From positions 1 through 11,242 of the forward strand of contig JAWCLA010000024.1 of NCBI GenBank assembly GCA_039091855.1: a stretch of DNA of 11,242 nt. The letters are read 5' to 3'. This stretch comes from Candidatus Aenigmatarchaeota archaeon (GTDB taxonomy: Archaea > Aenigmatarchaeota > Aenigmatarchaeia > QMZP01). The notes beneath the pieces were generated by a model, which worked only from the letters and a program-made list of their open reading frames with translations, made no database searches and had not been told where the DNA came from. This document shows, in pieces, positions 1 through 7,451 of this stretch (within the stretch, counting starts at the first letter, position 1; the number at the start of each line of letters is the position of its first letter). A program made the position numbers and the translations under genes.

Positions 1-764
1 TCCCCTGAATTCGATTCTATAAGAGATTCTATACTAGAATCTACGTAAACAGGCGTTTTACTCAGGATATTCAAAATCTTATCCGGAGAAGTTTCATTCA
101 GGCTTTGTATTAATTCTATCGGGCCTATGCACCCGCTTGGCATTTCATCATATTGGGAATTCTCTATTATTTTGCAAAACATTCTTATATCTTCTTGGCT
201 TATTCCAAGTTCTGAAATAATGTTTCCCGTTGTGTTTTGTATTATATCTGTCATATTTGGAATTCCCCTAAAATTGTAAAGTGCAATAAAAACAAATGCA
301 ACAATTAGGATAATGCCTGCAAGTCTTGTAGGTATCATAACCTTACTTACTAAACTCTTTTTTTCCATTTTCCTTTCAAAAGATTTTGCCTTCTCAAGCT
401 TTGCATTCAGTTTTTCGATGGATTTTTCTATTGCTTTAACGTTGTAAAACTTGCTTGATATGAGAAAAACGCAAAGCGTAAGTATAGTGGTTGAAATCAT
501 ACCAGCTATTATAAAGTTAATTTGAGTAATGCTGAAAATTATTCTGAAAACACCTGTTCCACTCAAAGGTATTATTGCGGACAGTCCGAGCGCACAAAAA
601 AGTGACAGAAAACCAAAACCAAGCCATAACAAGATCTTAACATACAAAGGGAACAGTCCTCTCACGCCCTTAACAATAATCCATCCTGAACTTATAACAT
701 AAAAAATGTATATTAATGTCCAAAAAAGGTTTAACAAAGCAAAAATACCGACAACCTCTGCCAT
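1..764 (-). CDS. Hypothetical multi-pass membrane protein, 3'-truncated by the window edge (>=254 aa)
   Basis: Translated by hand. ATG at 764, and the frame stays open to position 1: MAEVVGIFALLNLFWTLIYIFYVISSGWIIVKG...KAIEKSIEKLNAKLEKAKSFERKMEKK...LAGIILIVAFVFIALYNFRGIPNMTDIIQNTTG... It has about four hydrophobic segments. It is missing from the ORF track because no stop lies in the window. Confidence 0.85.
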   Translation of the reverse strand, partial: MAEVVGIFALLNLFWTLIYIFYVISSGWIIVKGVRGLFPLYVKILLWLGFGFLSLFCALGLSAIIPLSGTGVFRIIFSITQINFIIAGMISTTILTLCVFLISSKFYNVKAIEKSIEKLNAKLEKAKSFERKMEKKSLVSKVMIPTRLAGIILIVAFVFIALYNFRGIPNMTDIIQNTTGNIISELGISQEDIRMFCKIIENSQYDEMPSGCIGPIELIQSLNETSPDKILNILSKTPVYVDSSIESLIESNSG

Positions 765-821
765 AATAACTATTCATTCTTTGCAGTTAAATAATTTATC
801 CCAAAAGAACAATAAAAAACC
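765..821. promoter_or_regulatory. Short divergent promoter region with a central AT-rich TATA-like core
   Basis: 57-bp gap between divergent ATGs (764 minus, 822 plus). TTAAATAATTTAT at 787-799 lies about 22-35 bp from both starts. No SD-like motif before either start. Confidence 0.5.
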
Positions 822-1991
822 ATGTTTGAAATATGCTCAAGATGCACCAATTGCGGACAGGAATATCCGCTTAAAAATATCATTTTCAGGTGCAAAAAAT
901 GCAATTCAACGCTTGAGGTGATTTTTGACTATAGAAAACTGAAAAACTATATCACGAAAGAGAGGCTTCTCCAAAGGCCTTTCATCCATTCCAGATACAA
1001 GGAACTTTACCCTGTGAAAAAAATCGTTTCTCTTCAGGAGGGAGGAACTGCCCTTATCAGGTCAAGAAATCTTGAGAAGGAACTTGGTTTGGGGTTTGAG
1101 CTTTACTTCAAGTATGAGGCAACAAATCCCACGGGGTCCTTCAAGGACAGGGGCTCGTCAGTGGAGATTGCAAAAGCCCTCGAATTCGGCGCAAAAAAAG
1201 CAGTATGCGCGTCAACAGGAAATATGGGTGCCTCTCTGGCAGCATACACAGCGTTGGCAAACATACGATGTTCTGTCATTGTCCCAAAGGACACAGCCTT
1301 CACAAAAATAGAGCAGATTCTTGCATACGGGGCAAAGGTTTATCACATAAGCGGTGATTACACAATTGCTGCAAAAACGGCGGAAAGGGTTTTTTTGGAA
1401 GGAAAGGCATATCTTTTAGGAGACTACCTTTACAGGAGAGAGGGGACAAAATCGATTGGTTTTGAAATATGTGAACAGTTGCCTGGGGTAGATTATGTTT
1501 TCTGCCCCATAGGAAACGGAACGCTGATAACGGCGGTATGGAAGGCATTCAAGGAATTCAAACTTTTTGGTTTTACAAAAACCCTTCCCAAGATGGTTGG
1601 GATACAGGCAAAAACATGCAGTCCTGTAGTTAAAGCGTTCAAATACAATTCTGAAATAGTCCCAATAGAAAACCCGCACACAATAGCAGTTGCCATAGAA
1701 TGTGGAGAACCGATAGACGGAAATGGGGCATTGAAAGCGATGAGGGAGTCAGGAGGGTTTGCAGGGAGCGTTTCGGACAGAGAGATTCTAAAGGCGAGGG
1801 AGTTGTTATCAAGAAGGGAAGGGCTTTTTGCTGAGCCTGGGGGTGCAGCAGCCTTCGCTGGTATTATCAAATCCAAGGAAATGATAGAGAAATGGTCAAA
1901 GGTTGTTTGTTTGGTGACTGGTCATGGATTGAAGAGCCCGAAAACAGGCGTAAAGGGAAAACCTGTTAATTTAAAATTTAAGGGAATTTAA
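822..1991 (+). CDS. thrC: Threonine synthase-family PLP-dependent enzyme (fold type II) with N-terminal double CxxC
   Basis: FKYEATNPTGSFKDRG (PLP lysine), ASTGN, PIGNG, EGLFAEP and VTGHGLK motifs, with N-terminal CTNC/CKKC. The family is clear; the substrate is less certain (see findings). Confidence 0.8.
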   Translation: MFEICSRCTNCGQEYPLKNIIFRCKKCNSTLEVIFDYRKLKNYITKERLLQRPFIHSRYKELYPVKKIVSLQEGGTALIRSRNLEKELGLGFELYFKYEATNPTGSFKDRGSSVEIAKALEFGAKKAVCASTGNMGASLAAYTALANIRCSVIVPKDTAFTKIEQILAYGAKVYHISGDYTIAAKTAERVFLEGKAYLLGDYLYRREGTKSIGFEICEQLPGVDYVFCPIGNGTLITAVWKAFKEFKLFGFTKTLPKMVGIQAKTCSPVVKAFKYNSEIVPIENPHTIAVAIECGEPIDGNGALKAMRESGGFAGSVSDREILKARELLSRREGLFAEPGGAAAFAGIIKSKEMIEKWSKVVCLVTGHGLKSPKTGVKGKPVNLKFKGI

Positions 1992-2002
1992 TAAATAGTA
2001 GC

Positions 2003-2470
2003 TTACTTTACCAAAAGCTTTGCCTTCTCAATGTCGTACTTGAAATCAGCAGGCAAAACCCCACGGGATTTGTAGTATTTCGTAAGCCTGCGGATTTTTG
2101 ACTCCGTGATTTCCAACCCACGCTTTGAAGTGTAATCCTTTTTGTTCTTTTCAAGATGGGCATGAAGGATAACGGCCTTCCTCATAAGGTTGTACATATC
2201 CTCGGGTAAGGGGGGATATAAATTATGCTTTTTCATTATTTTCGCTATTTTTTCCTTTATGTTAAGTTCCTTTACCCTTATTGATGGTATTCCGTACTGG
2301 TCTCTTAGTATAAGCCCTATCTCAGCAGAAGAATGTCCTTTTTTTGCAAGCTTGACTATTATCTCCTCGACTTCCTGTGGCTTGTACCTGTCCTTCAACC
2401 AGGAAGCAGTCTTATGAATTGGCTTTTTGCTTCCAGACTTTCCCTTTTTCCTTGAGTATATTCTTGCCAT
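2003..2470 (-). CDS. rps15: 30S ribosomal protein S15 (uS15, archaeal S15/S13e type)
   Basis: [38 protein letters not shown] and [12 protein letters not shown] motifs. Start moved to ATG 2470, which gives the canonical MAR N-terminus. Confidence 0.97.
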   Translation of the reverse strand: MARIYSRKKGKSGSKKPIHKTASWLKDRYKPQEVEEIIVKLAKKGHSSAEIGLILRDQYGIPSIRVKELNIKEKIAKIMKKHNLYPPLPEDMYNLMRKAVILHAHLEKNKKDYTSKRGLEITESKIRRLTKYYKSRGVLPADFKYDIEKAKLLVK

Positions 2471-2493
2471 AACTCGAATATTGTCCACAAAGA

Positions 2494-2502
2494 TTTAAAT
2501 AT
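2494..2502 (-). promoter_or_regulatory. Putative TATA box for rps15, probably a leaderless or short-leader transcript
   Basis: ATATTTAAA on the minus strand ends 23 nt before the rps15 ATG, with no SD. The same 9-mer occurs upstream of rps17 (7592-7600). Confidence 0.5.
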
Positions 2503-2506
2503 GATA

Positions 2507-2710
2507 TTACGCGATTTCCTGCCTGGTAGCAACGGCAACAGAAATCCAGCACAATCCTGCTATAAGGAAAAGCACAAAGGCTATTATTAGCGCGAGGGCA
2601 TACTGGAATTCAGAAACCCCTATATTAAGTTCCAGGTTCTGGACTATCCAGGTGCCTCCCAGTATAAAAAGTCCTCCCAATATCCATATTAAAACAAGCT
2701 TGGCACTCAT
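2507..2710 (-). CDS. Small hypothetical membrane protein with 2 TM helices (67 aa from ATG 2710; alternative GTG 2719)
   Basis: Two hydrophobic stretches (LVLIWILGGLFILGGTWIV; YALALIIAFVLFLIAGLCWISVAVA). It fills the rpoD-rps15 gap and is co-oriented with both. Confidence 0.75.
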   Translation of the reverse strand: MSAKLVLIWILGGLFILGGTWIVQNLELNIGVSEFQYALALIIAFVLFLIAGLCWISVAVATRQEIA

Positions 2711-2741
2711 ACTCTTCACTTTAAGTTTTCACTTTCTTGAC

Positions 2742-2756
2742 AATCAATATTTGATT
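2742..2756. promoter_or_regulatory. Perfect palindrome AATCAA-N3-TTGATT, possible transcription-factor site
   Basis: Seen directly in the 55-64 bp spacer between rpoD and the small membrane ORF. Confidence 0.3.
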
Positions 2757-2765
2757 TTTTAGAAT

Positions 2766-2774
2766 AAAAAACAA
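2766..2774 (-). terminator. Possible oligo-T archaeal terminator after rpoD
   Basis: TTGTTTTTT immediately follows the rpoD TAA on the minus strand. Confidence 0.4.
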
Positions 2775-3554
2775 TTACTCAGATTTTTTAATCTCCTTTT
2801 TAAAGTCCTCTGCCTTTTTCTCGAGAATCTCTGCAGCCTTTGATATTATATAATCTGGCTTGAGCCCTGAAACAGATTCCACCCTGAATATAATCCTTGT
2901 TTCGTCACCCCTTATCTCTATTCCTTTACAGCCTTCAACACACGCCTTGCAAAGGTCGCACTGCATAGGGTCTGATATCACAGGTTTTCCTGCCTTAAAT
3001 TTTATCAAACCCTTTGGGCATTCTTTCAGGCATTTTTTTGAATCTTTCTCATCCTTAACAACTATCTCAGGATAATACTGGTAATACGCATTTGACGCCT
3101 GCCATTTTGAGTGGTTCTTTCCAATACCCATTATGGCAATTGCCTCGAGTTTAAGTCTTTGTCCGCCAAGAAGCTCAACTATCGGGAAATCAGGGCTTAA
3201 TGGTTTTACATCCTTATTGGAAGATTTCATATCTCCGGAATAAACTATACAAGGTCCTGTCTTGTCAATAACGAAAACAACCTGACACAGAGAGCAACCC
3301 TTTCCATTGCATTTGCACGATTCCTTGAAATTGAATTTTTCAGGATTGAAAGAAAGTGGAATCATTCCCAGCCTGTGAGCTATAAACTCATCAAATAATA
3401 CAGAGCTATTTTCATAAAAATCGACAGTGTCAACAGCCATCGTTGGAACTTCCGAAATCATTATCCTTCTCAAGGCATTTGCAAATGCGGGGGTTGTGCC
3501 CTGAATTACGAAATTCAGCTTATCACCTTTTTTTCCAGCAACACTAATTTTCAT
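2775..3554 (-). CDS. rpoD: DNA-directed RNA polymerase subunit D (Rpo3) with ferredoxin-like Fe-S domain
   Basis: PAFANALRRIMISEVPTMA, LFDEFIAHRLGMIPL, CKCNGKGCSLC, HSKWQ and CLKECP...CDLCKACVEGC motifs. SD GGTGGTGA before the ATG. Confidence 0.97.
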   Translation of the reverse strand: MKISVAGKKGDKLNFVIQGTTPAFANALRRIMISEVPTMAVDTVDFYENSSVLFDEFIAHRLGMIPLSFNPEKFNFKESCKCNGKGCSLCQVVFVIDKTGPCIVYSGDMKSSNKDVKPLSPDFPIVELLGGQRLKLEAIAIMGIGKNHSKWQASNAYYQYYPEIVVKDEKDSKKCLKECPKGLIKFKAGKPVISDPMQCDLCKACVEGCKGIEIRGDETRIIFRVESVSGLKPDYIISKAAEILEKKAEDFKKEIKKSE

Positions 3555-3571
3555 ATCACCACCAATACTAT

Positions 3572-3976
3572 TTATTTTATTTTAAGGCTTTTAATGGAGA
3601 AGTGCCTGTTCATTATTTCCCTGACTGCATTTATGTTTTCACCGTTCTTGCCGATTGCTGAAATTCTTTCCTCCTCAGGAATTGTTAAAGTTATTCTTTT
3701 GTTGCCTGTTTCTATGATTTTTGCAGAAGGAAAAACGCCTCTCAAAAATGCTTCGGGGGTGTCATAATACCCAAAAACCCTTACAGGCCTTCCAAAAACC
3801 TTTCTGAGCTCTCTTATCACTTTGCCGTTTCTTCCTATAACCAAGCCTATTTTTTCTGGACTAACGACAAAGTAGATGCAACCTTCCTTTATAAGGCAGT
3901 CTATAGCGTGAACCTCTGTTATTTTCTCAAAGGCTGCTATCATTCTTATTGAATCATTGCTTAATTTAACGGGCAT
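3572..3976 (-). CDS. nusA: Archaeal NusA (two KH domains)
   Basis: 134 aa with two GxxG loops (IGRNG, AIGKNGENI) and N-terminal FEKITEVHAIDC. It follows rpl30e as in the canonical archaeal order. SD-like GGGGATG. Confidence 0.93.
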   Translation of the reverse strand: MPVKLSNDSIRMIAAFEKITEVHAIDCLIKEGCIYFVVSPEKIGLVIGRNGKVIRELRKVFGRPVRVFGYYDTPEAFLRGVFPSAKIIETGNKRITLTIPEEERISAIGKNGENINAVREIMNRHFSIKSLKIK

Positions 3977-4006
3977 CAGACATCCCCATTTTAGACATAT
4001 CCTTAA

Positions 4007-4036
4007 TATTAGCCATAATTATTAAAGATGCTAATA
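4007..4036 (-). promoter_or_regulatory. Putative internal nusA promoter: TATA-like TTTAATAA flanked by inverted repeat TATTAGC/GCTAATA
   Basis: 61-bp rpl30e-nusA gap, with repeat arms at 4007-4013 and 4030-4036 and the TATA-like element at 4019-4026. Confidence 0.35.
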
Positions 4037-4037
4037 A

Positions 4038-4301
4038 TCACTTTTTTATCCCTACAAGCAGAACGCTGAAAGGCTTTCCGCAAGCCTCGCCGAGTTGCAG
4101 GGAATTTCCTTCGAACTGCCTTATTGATATGAAAAGATTTTTTGCATAGTATTCCAAGTCCTTTCTTATGGTTTCAGGGCAGTTTGATGCGTAAATAACG
4201 CTGTGTATAATCCCTCTTTTGATACCTTTTATAACTGTTCTGCTGCCTATGACGAGCTTTTTTTCCTTTTCAGCCTCTTTTATTTGGTTTAATGATAACA
4301 T
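4038..4301 (-). CDS. rpl30e: 50S ribosomal protein L30e (eL30)
   Basis: KLVIGSRTVIK, IYASNCP and LGEACGKPF motifs; SD AGGTG; adjacent to nusA. Confidence 0.95.
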   Translation of the reverse strand: MLSLNQIKEAEKEKKLVIGSRTVIKGIKRGIIHSVIYASNCPETIRKDLEYYAKNLFISIRQFEGNSLQLGEACGKPFSVLLVGIKK

Positions 4302-4312
4302 TTTTTACACCT

Positions 4313-4699
4313 TTAATAAACATAGCCTATTAGCTTTCCGCCTGTACCTAATTTTATAGCATTTCTCTGGTCCATTATACCTTTTGGTGTGGTCACTATA
4401 AGGATTCCTGTCCCGCTTGCAGGAAGATACCTTTTTTCCCATTTTATGAATTCCTCCTTCCTTACAGAAAACCTCGGCTTTATTGTGCCACATTTGTTTA
4501 TTTTTCCCAAAAGACTTACCTTGAAATTTCCACCCTTTCCATCATCAACAAACTCATAATTCCCTATGTAATTATGACTCTTCAAAACATTGAGAACATC
4601 CTTTATCACCTTCGATGCAGGAACTGTGCACTCCTTTCTGCCTATTGATTCCATATTCTTCAGTATTGAGAACATATCTGCTAAAGGGTCGTGTTTCAT
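4313..4699 (-). CDS. rps8: 30S ribosomal protein S8 (uS8)
   Basis: DPLAD, GKINKCGTIKPRF, WEKRYLPA and GGKLIGYVY motifs. Confidence 0.98.
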   Translation of the reverse strand: MKHDPLADMFSILKNMESIGRKECTVPASKVIKDVLNVLKSHNYIGNYEFVDDGKGGNFKVSLLGKINKCGTIKPRFSVRKEEFIKWEKRYLPASGTGILIVTTPKGIMDQRNAIKLGTGGKLIGYVY

Positions 4700-4708
4700 A
4701 ATATCACA

Positions 4709-4930
4709 TCAGCTGTATTTTTTGAACCCAAGTTTCTCTGCCTCCTCCCTAAAACATTGACGGCAGTATATAAGGCCATATTTCCTTATTATGCCTCCTG
4801 TCCTTCCGCATTTCCTGCATCTGTAAACACTTTTACCAAACTTCCTTTTTTGGGGGGCGTTAAATTTCTCAAACCTCGCCAGTTTTACAGGCTTTCTTTC
4901 TATCTGCTTTTTAACCCTTTCATAAGTCAT
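4709..4930 (-). CDS. rps14: 30S ribosomal protein S14 (uS14, zinc finger) with N-terminal extension
   Basis: CRKC...[15 protein letters not shown]...LGFKKY motif; located between rpl5 and rps8. Confidence 0.97.
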   Translation of the reverse strand: MTYERVKKQIERKPVKLARFEKFNAPQKRKFGKSVYRCRKCGRTGGIIRKYGLIYCRQCFREEAEKLGFKKYS

Positions 4931-4934
4931 AATA

Positions 4935-5444
4935 TCACGCTTGCACTATTTCCACATTAAGATTTTTTCTTGCCCAATCAATCGCTTCCTCCTTTTTTAT
5001 TCTGTGCGACTTTCCTATCACAGAATGCCTTATCCTCCTTTTTTTTATCCTGAAACCAGGTCTTTCAAGAGTTACCGCCACGTCCATTCCTAGTATTCCA
5101 ACATCAGGATCATATCTTACGCCAGGAATGTGTATGTATTCCTGAATGCCAAAGGAGAAGTTTCCATTTTCATCAAAACAGGATTCCTTTAACTTGTTGT
5201 CAACAGCATGAAGGAGTTTTTTTAGAAGGCTTTTTGCCTCCTCCCCGCGCACGGTTACCTTTACGCCTATCGGCCTGTGCTTTGCAACCCCAAAAGTGCT
5301 TCTCTTCTTTGTTATTGTTGTTACGGATTTTTTCCCTGTAACAATTTCTATTATCTTCCTGCATTTCTCAAGCTTTGGTCCTGACTCTCCTGCTCCCATA
5401 TTAATTGTCACCTTTGCAAGCCTTATCTCTCTCATAGGATTCAT
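4935..5444 (-). CDS. rpl5: 50S ribosomal protein L5 (uL5)
   Basis: [33 protein letters not shown] and [12 protein letters not shown] motifs. Confidence 0.98.
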   Translation of the reverse strand: MNPMREIRLAKVTINMGAGESGPKLEKCRKIIEIVTGKKSVTTITKKRSTFGVAKHRPIGVKVTVRGEEAKSLLKKLLHAVDNKLKESCFDENGNFSFGIQEYIHIPGVRYDPDVGILGMDVAVTLERPGFRIKKRRIRHSVIGKSHRIKKEEAIDWARKNLNVEIVQA

Positions 5445-5448
5445 ATCA

Positions 5449-6174
5449 CTATTCCCCCTTATCTGAATGGTTTTTCTCTTCCTTAGTTCTTATTTCCTGC
5501 AAGTTGCCAACCATAATATAGTCTTTTGGTGTTTCTATCTCCTTTCCATCATCAGACTCTATCATTATCATACTCCTCTCCAACATACTTTTCCTTTCTT
5601 TTATTTCCTTTATTTTTCCTTTTATACCAATGTTTCTTCCTGATATTATAACCACGGTTTCGCCTTTTTTTAGTGGAAAGTGATGCAGTATCTTTTGGGT
5701 AGGAATCTCTATTAACACAGAATCGCCAACCTTATACGGACCTTCCACTAGTATGTTTCTTCCATCGTGGAGGTTCAACTGTTGTTTCTTGCCTTTTAGC
5801 GTTTTTTTGCCGATTATCTTGCAAAGCTTAAACCCTGTTTCTGATTTTTTTATTTTCTCAAGCAAAAGGCCTTTTTTCCCAACATTCACCCTGTAACTTA
5901 TGTCAATTTCTGGTATCTCGATTACGTCCATAAGACCAACAGGAAAGCCTGGTTCTTTCCTCACCTTCTTATCTACCAAAACCTTGCCGGCATTCAATAT
6001 TTTCTTTACCTCAGCCGAACTTTCAGCAAGTTTCAAAACATCTCTCACCAAAATCCTGAGAGGTATACATCTATATTTTGGGTGAGGACCTGGAACAGGG
6101 CTGGTTGCATAAACATTTTCTTTTTTGGGAATTGGCCAGAATTCAGGCATAAAATATCTCTTCATGTGTGCCAT
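5449..6174 (-). CDS. rps4e: 30S ribosomal protein S4e (eS4)
   Basis: HMKR...PGPH, FPVGLMDVI, QLNLHDGRNI and SGRNIG motifs. ATG 6174 is preferred over TTG 6183. Confidence 0.97.
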   Translation of the reverse strand: MAHMKRYFMPEFWPIPKKENVYATSPVPGPHPKYRCIPLRILVRDVLKLAESSAEVKKILNAGKVLVDKKVRKEPGFPVGLMDVIEIPEIDISYRVNVGKKGLLLEKIKKSETGFKLCKIIGKKTLKGKKQQLNLHDGRNILVEGPYKVGDSVLIEIPTQKILHHFPLKKGETVVIISGRNIGIKGKIKEIKERKSMLERSMIMIESDDGKEIETPKDYIMVGNLQEIRTKEEKNHSDKGE

Positions 6175-6179
6175 AACAA

Positions 6180-6626
6180 TCAACTTCCATCTCCTTTCTT
6201 TTTACTGGTTTTCTTCACATCCGATTTTTTTGCATCTTCTTTACTTTCCTTTCTTTCGAAAATCTCCTGCCTTCTCTTGTCATCAAGAGAAAGCTTGGTA
6301 ATCATAGTGTTTGATGGGTGTATAGGAACCAAAACCTCTGAGCCATCAACCTTTTTCCTTTTAACACCTTCGATATAAATCCTTGATTTTTTAAGGTCAA
6401 TCCTTTCAACATTTCCCCTGAATCCCTTGAAAGCGCCTCTCATTATCAAAACCTCATCGCCTTTCCTCAAAGGAACAGACCTCTTTCCAAACTTTTCCCT
6501 GAGCTCCTTTGATAGATGGGCAGAAATGAACTTTCTCCTTATGTGAAGCGGAGCGTTATATCTATATTTCCTCTGCTTTCTCGGTTGCGTGCTGCTTGCC
6601 CATTTAGGCGACCAAAAATTTTTCAT
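6180..6626 (-). CDS. rpl24: 50S ribosomal protein L24 (uL24)
   Basis: QPRKQRKYRYNAPLH, KOW motif RKGDEVLIMRG and PIHPSN; SD GGAGTGG. Confidence 0.98.
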   Translation of the reverse strand: MKNFWSPKWASSTQPRKQRKYRYNAPLHIRRKFISAHLSKELREKFGKRSVPLRKGDEVLIMRGAFKGFRGNVERIDLKKSRIYIEGVKRKKVDGSEVLVPIHPSNTMITKLSLDDKRRQEIFERKESKEDAKKSDVKKTSKKKGDGS

Positions 6627-6638
6627 TAAACCACTCCG

Positions 6639-7037
6639 TCAAACAACTAAGCTTGCAATCTTTCCGACAAGCGGAAACCTCTCTACAGCCTCTTTTGCAA
6701 CAGGTCCTTTTATAAGCGTGCCTTTTGGTTCTCCCTTTTCATTAACTATTACTGCTGCATTGTCCTCAAACGATATCCACATACCATTAGGCCTCCTGTA
6801 TTCCTTTTTCTGCCTTATTATAACAGCCTTGAATACCTCATGTCTTACCTTTTCATTCCCTTTGAAAACCCTGCATGTTACAAAGCTTCCAACACCTGCA
6901 TTTGCCCTTGTCCTGTGTTTGCCCTTGAATCCCATTACAGATATTATTTGAAGCTCCTTTGCGCCGCTGTTGTCAGCACATATGACTACAGATCCTATTT
7001 GAAGAGGCTTTGTAACCTTTGCGCTTATTGCTTTCAT
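6639..7037 (-). CDS. rpl14: 50S ribosomal protein L14 (uL14)
   Basis: CADNSGAK, FEDNAAVIV and IKGPVAKEA motifs. SD GGAGTGA lies 6 nt before ATG 7037. Confidence 0.98.
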   Translation of the reverse strand: MKAISAKVTKPLQIGSVVICADNSGAKELQIISVMGFKGKHRTRANAGVGSFVTCRVFKGNEKVRHEVFKAVIIRQKKEYRRPNGMWISFEDNAAVIVNEKGEPKGTLIKGPVAKEAVERFPLVGKIASLVV

Positions 7038-7043
7038 AAACAA

Positions 7044-7451
7044 TCACTCCTTTTCAGAGGAGGAATGTGCTTTTGGCTTTTTCTCCTTAACAGATTTTTT
7101 AAAATCCTTTTCAAAGCCAACAACAACACTGTGCTTTGTTTTTGAAAGAGGTCTGCATTCAGCCACAATCACGCTGTCACCTTCCCTGGCTCTTATGCAC
7201 GGTGGATTATGGGCAGTTATCCTTGATTTTTGCCTCTGGTATCTTTCATATTTAGGAATAAACCTGTGATAGCCCCACTCAACTATTACTGTGTTGTGGG
7301 ATTTGTCCGACCTGACAACGCCCCTGAAAACCCTTCCCCTTATGCTCAGTTTTCCGTGCCAAGGACATTTTGCGTCATTGCACTTCTTTTCAGGCGGTTT
7401 TATAGGTATTCCTATATTCCCCGCTTCTTTCACTTTCGATTTTTTTGACAT
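7044..7451 (-). CDS. rps17: 30S ribosomal protein S17 (uS17, archaeal type)
   Basis: CNDAKCPWHG, PKYERY, AHNPPC and ECRPLSKTK motifs, plus a Lys-rich C-terminal tail. Confidence 0.98.
   Translation of the reverse strand: MSKKSKVKEAGNIGIPIKPPEKKCNDAKCPWHGKLSIRGRVFRGVVRSDKSHNTVIVEWGYHRFIPKYERYQRQKSRITAHNPPCIRAREGDSVIVAECRPLSKTKHSVVVGFEKDFKKSVKEKKPKAHSSSEKE

Noticed and set aside
706-921. 71-aa plus-strand ORF
   Set aside because: It overlaps both the minus-strand membrane gene and the thrC-like gene and spans the promoter region, so it is a shadow ORF.
1072-1876. Alternative-frame and antisense ORFs inside the thrC-like gene
   Set aside because: They are nested in a well-supported gene and have no motifs.
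822-1991. Cysteate synthase or cysteine synthase assignment
   Set aside because: SFKDRG, ASTGN and TGHGLK fit the threonine synthase family better, and there is no supporting gene context.
4696-4940. Repeat GTGATATTATG before both rps14 and rps8
   Set aside because: It is explained as an SD-like GTGAT plus spacer plus ATG. Similar motifs precede rpl5 and rpoD.
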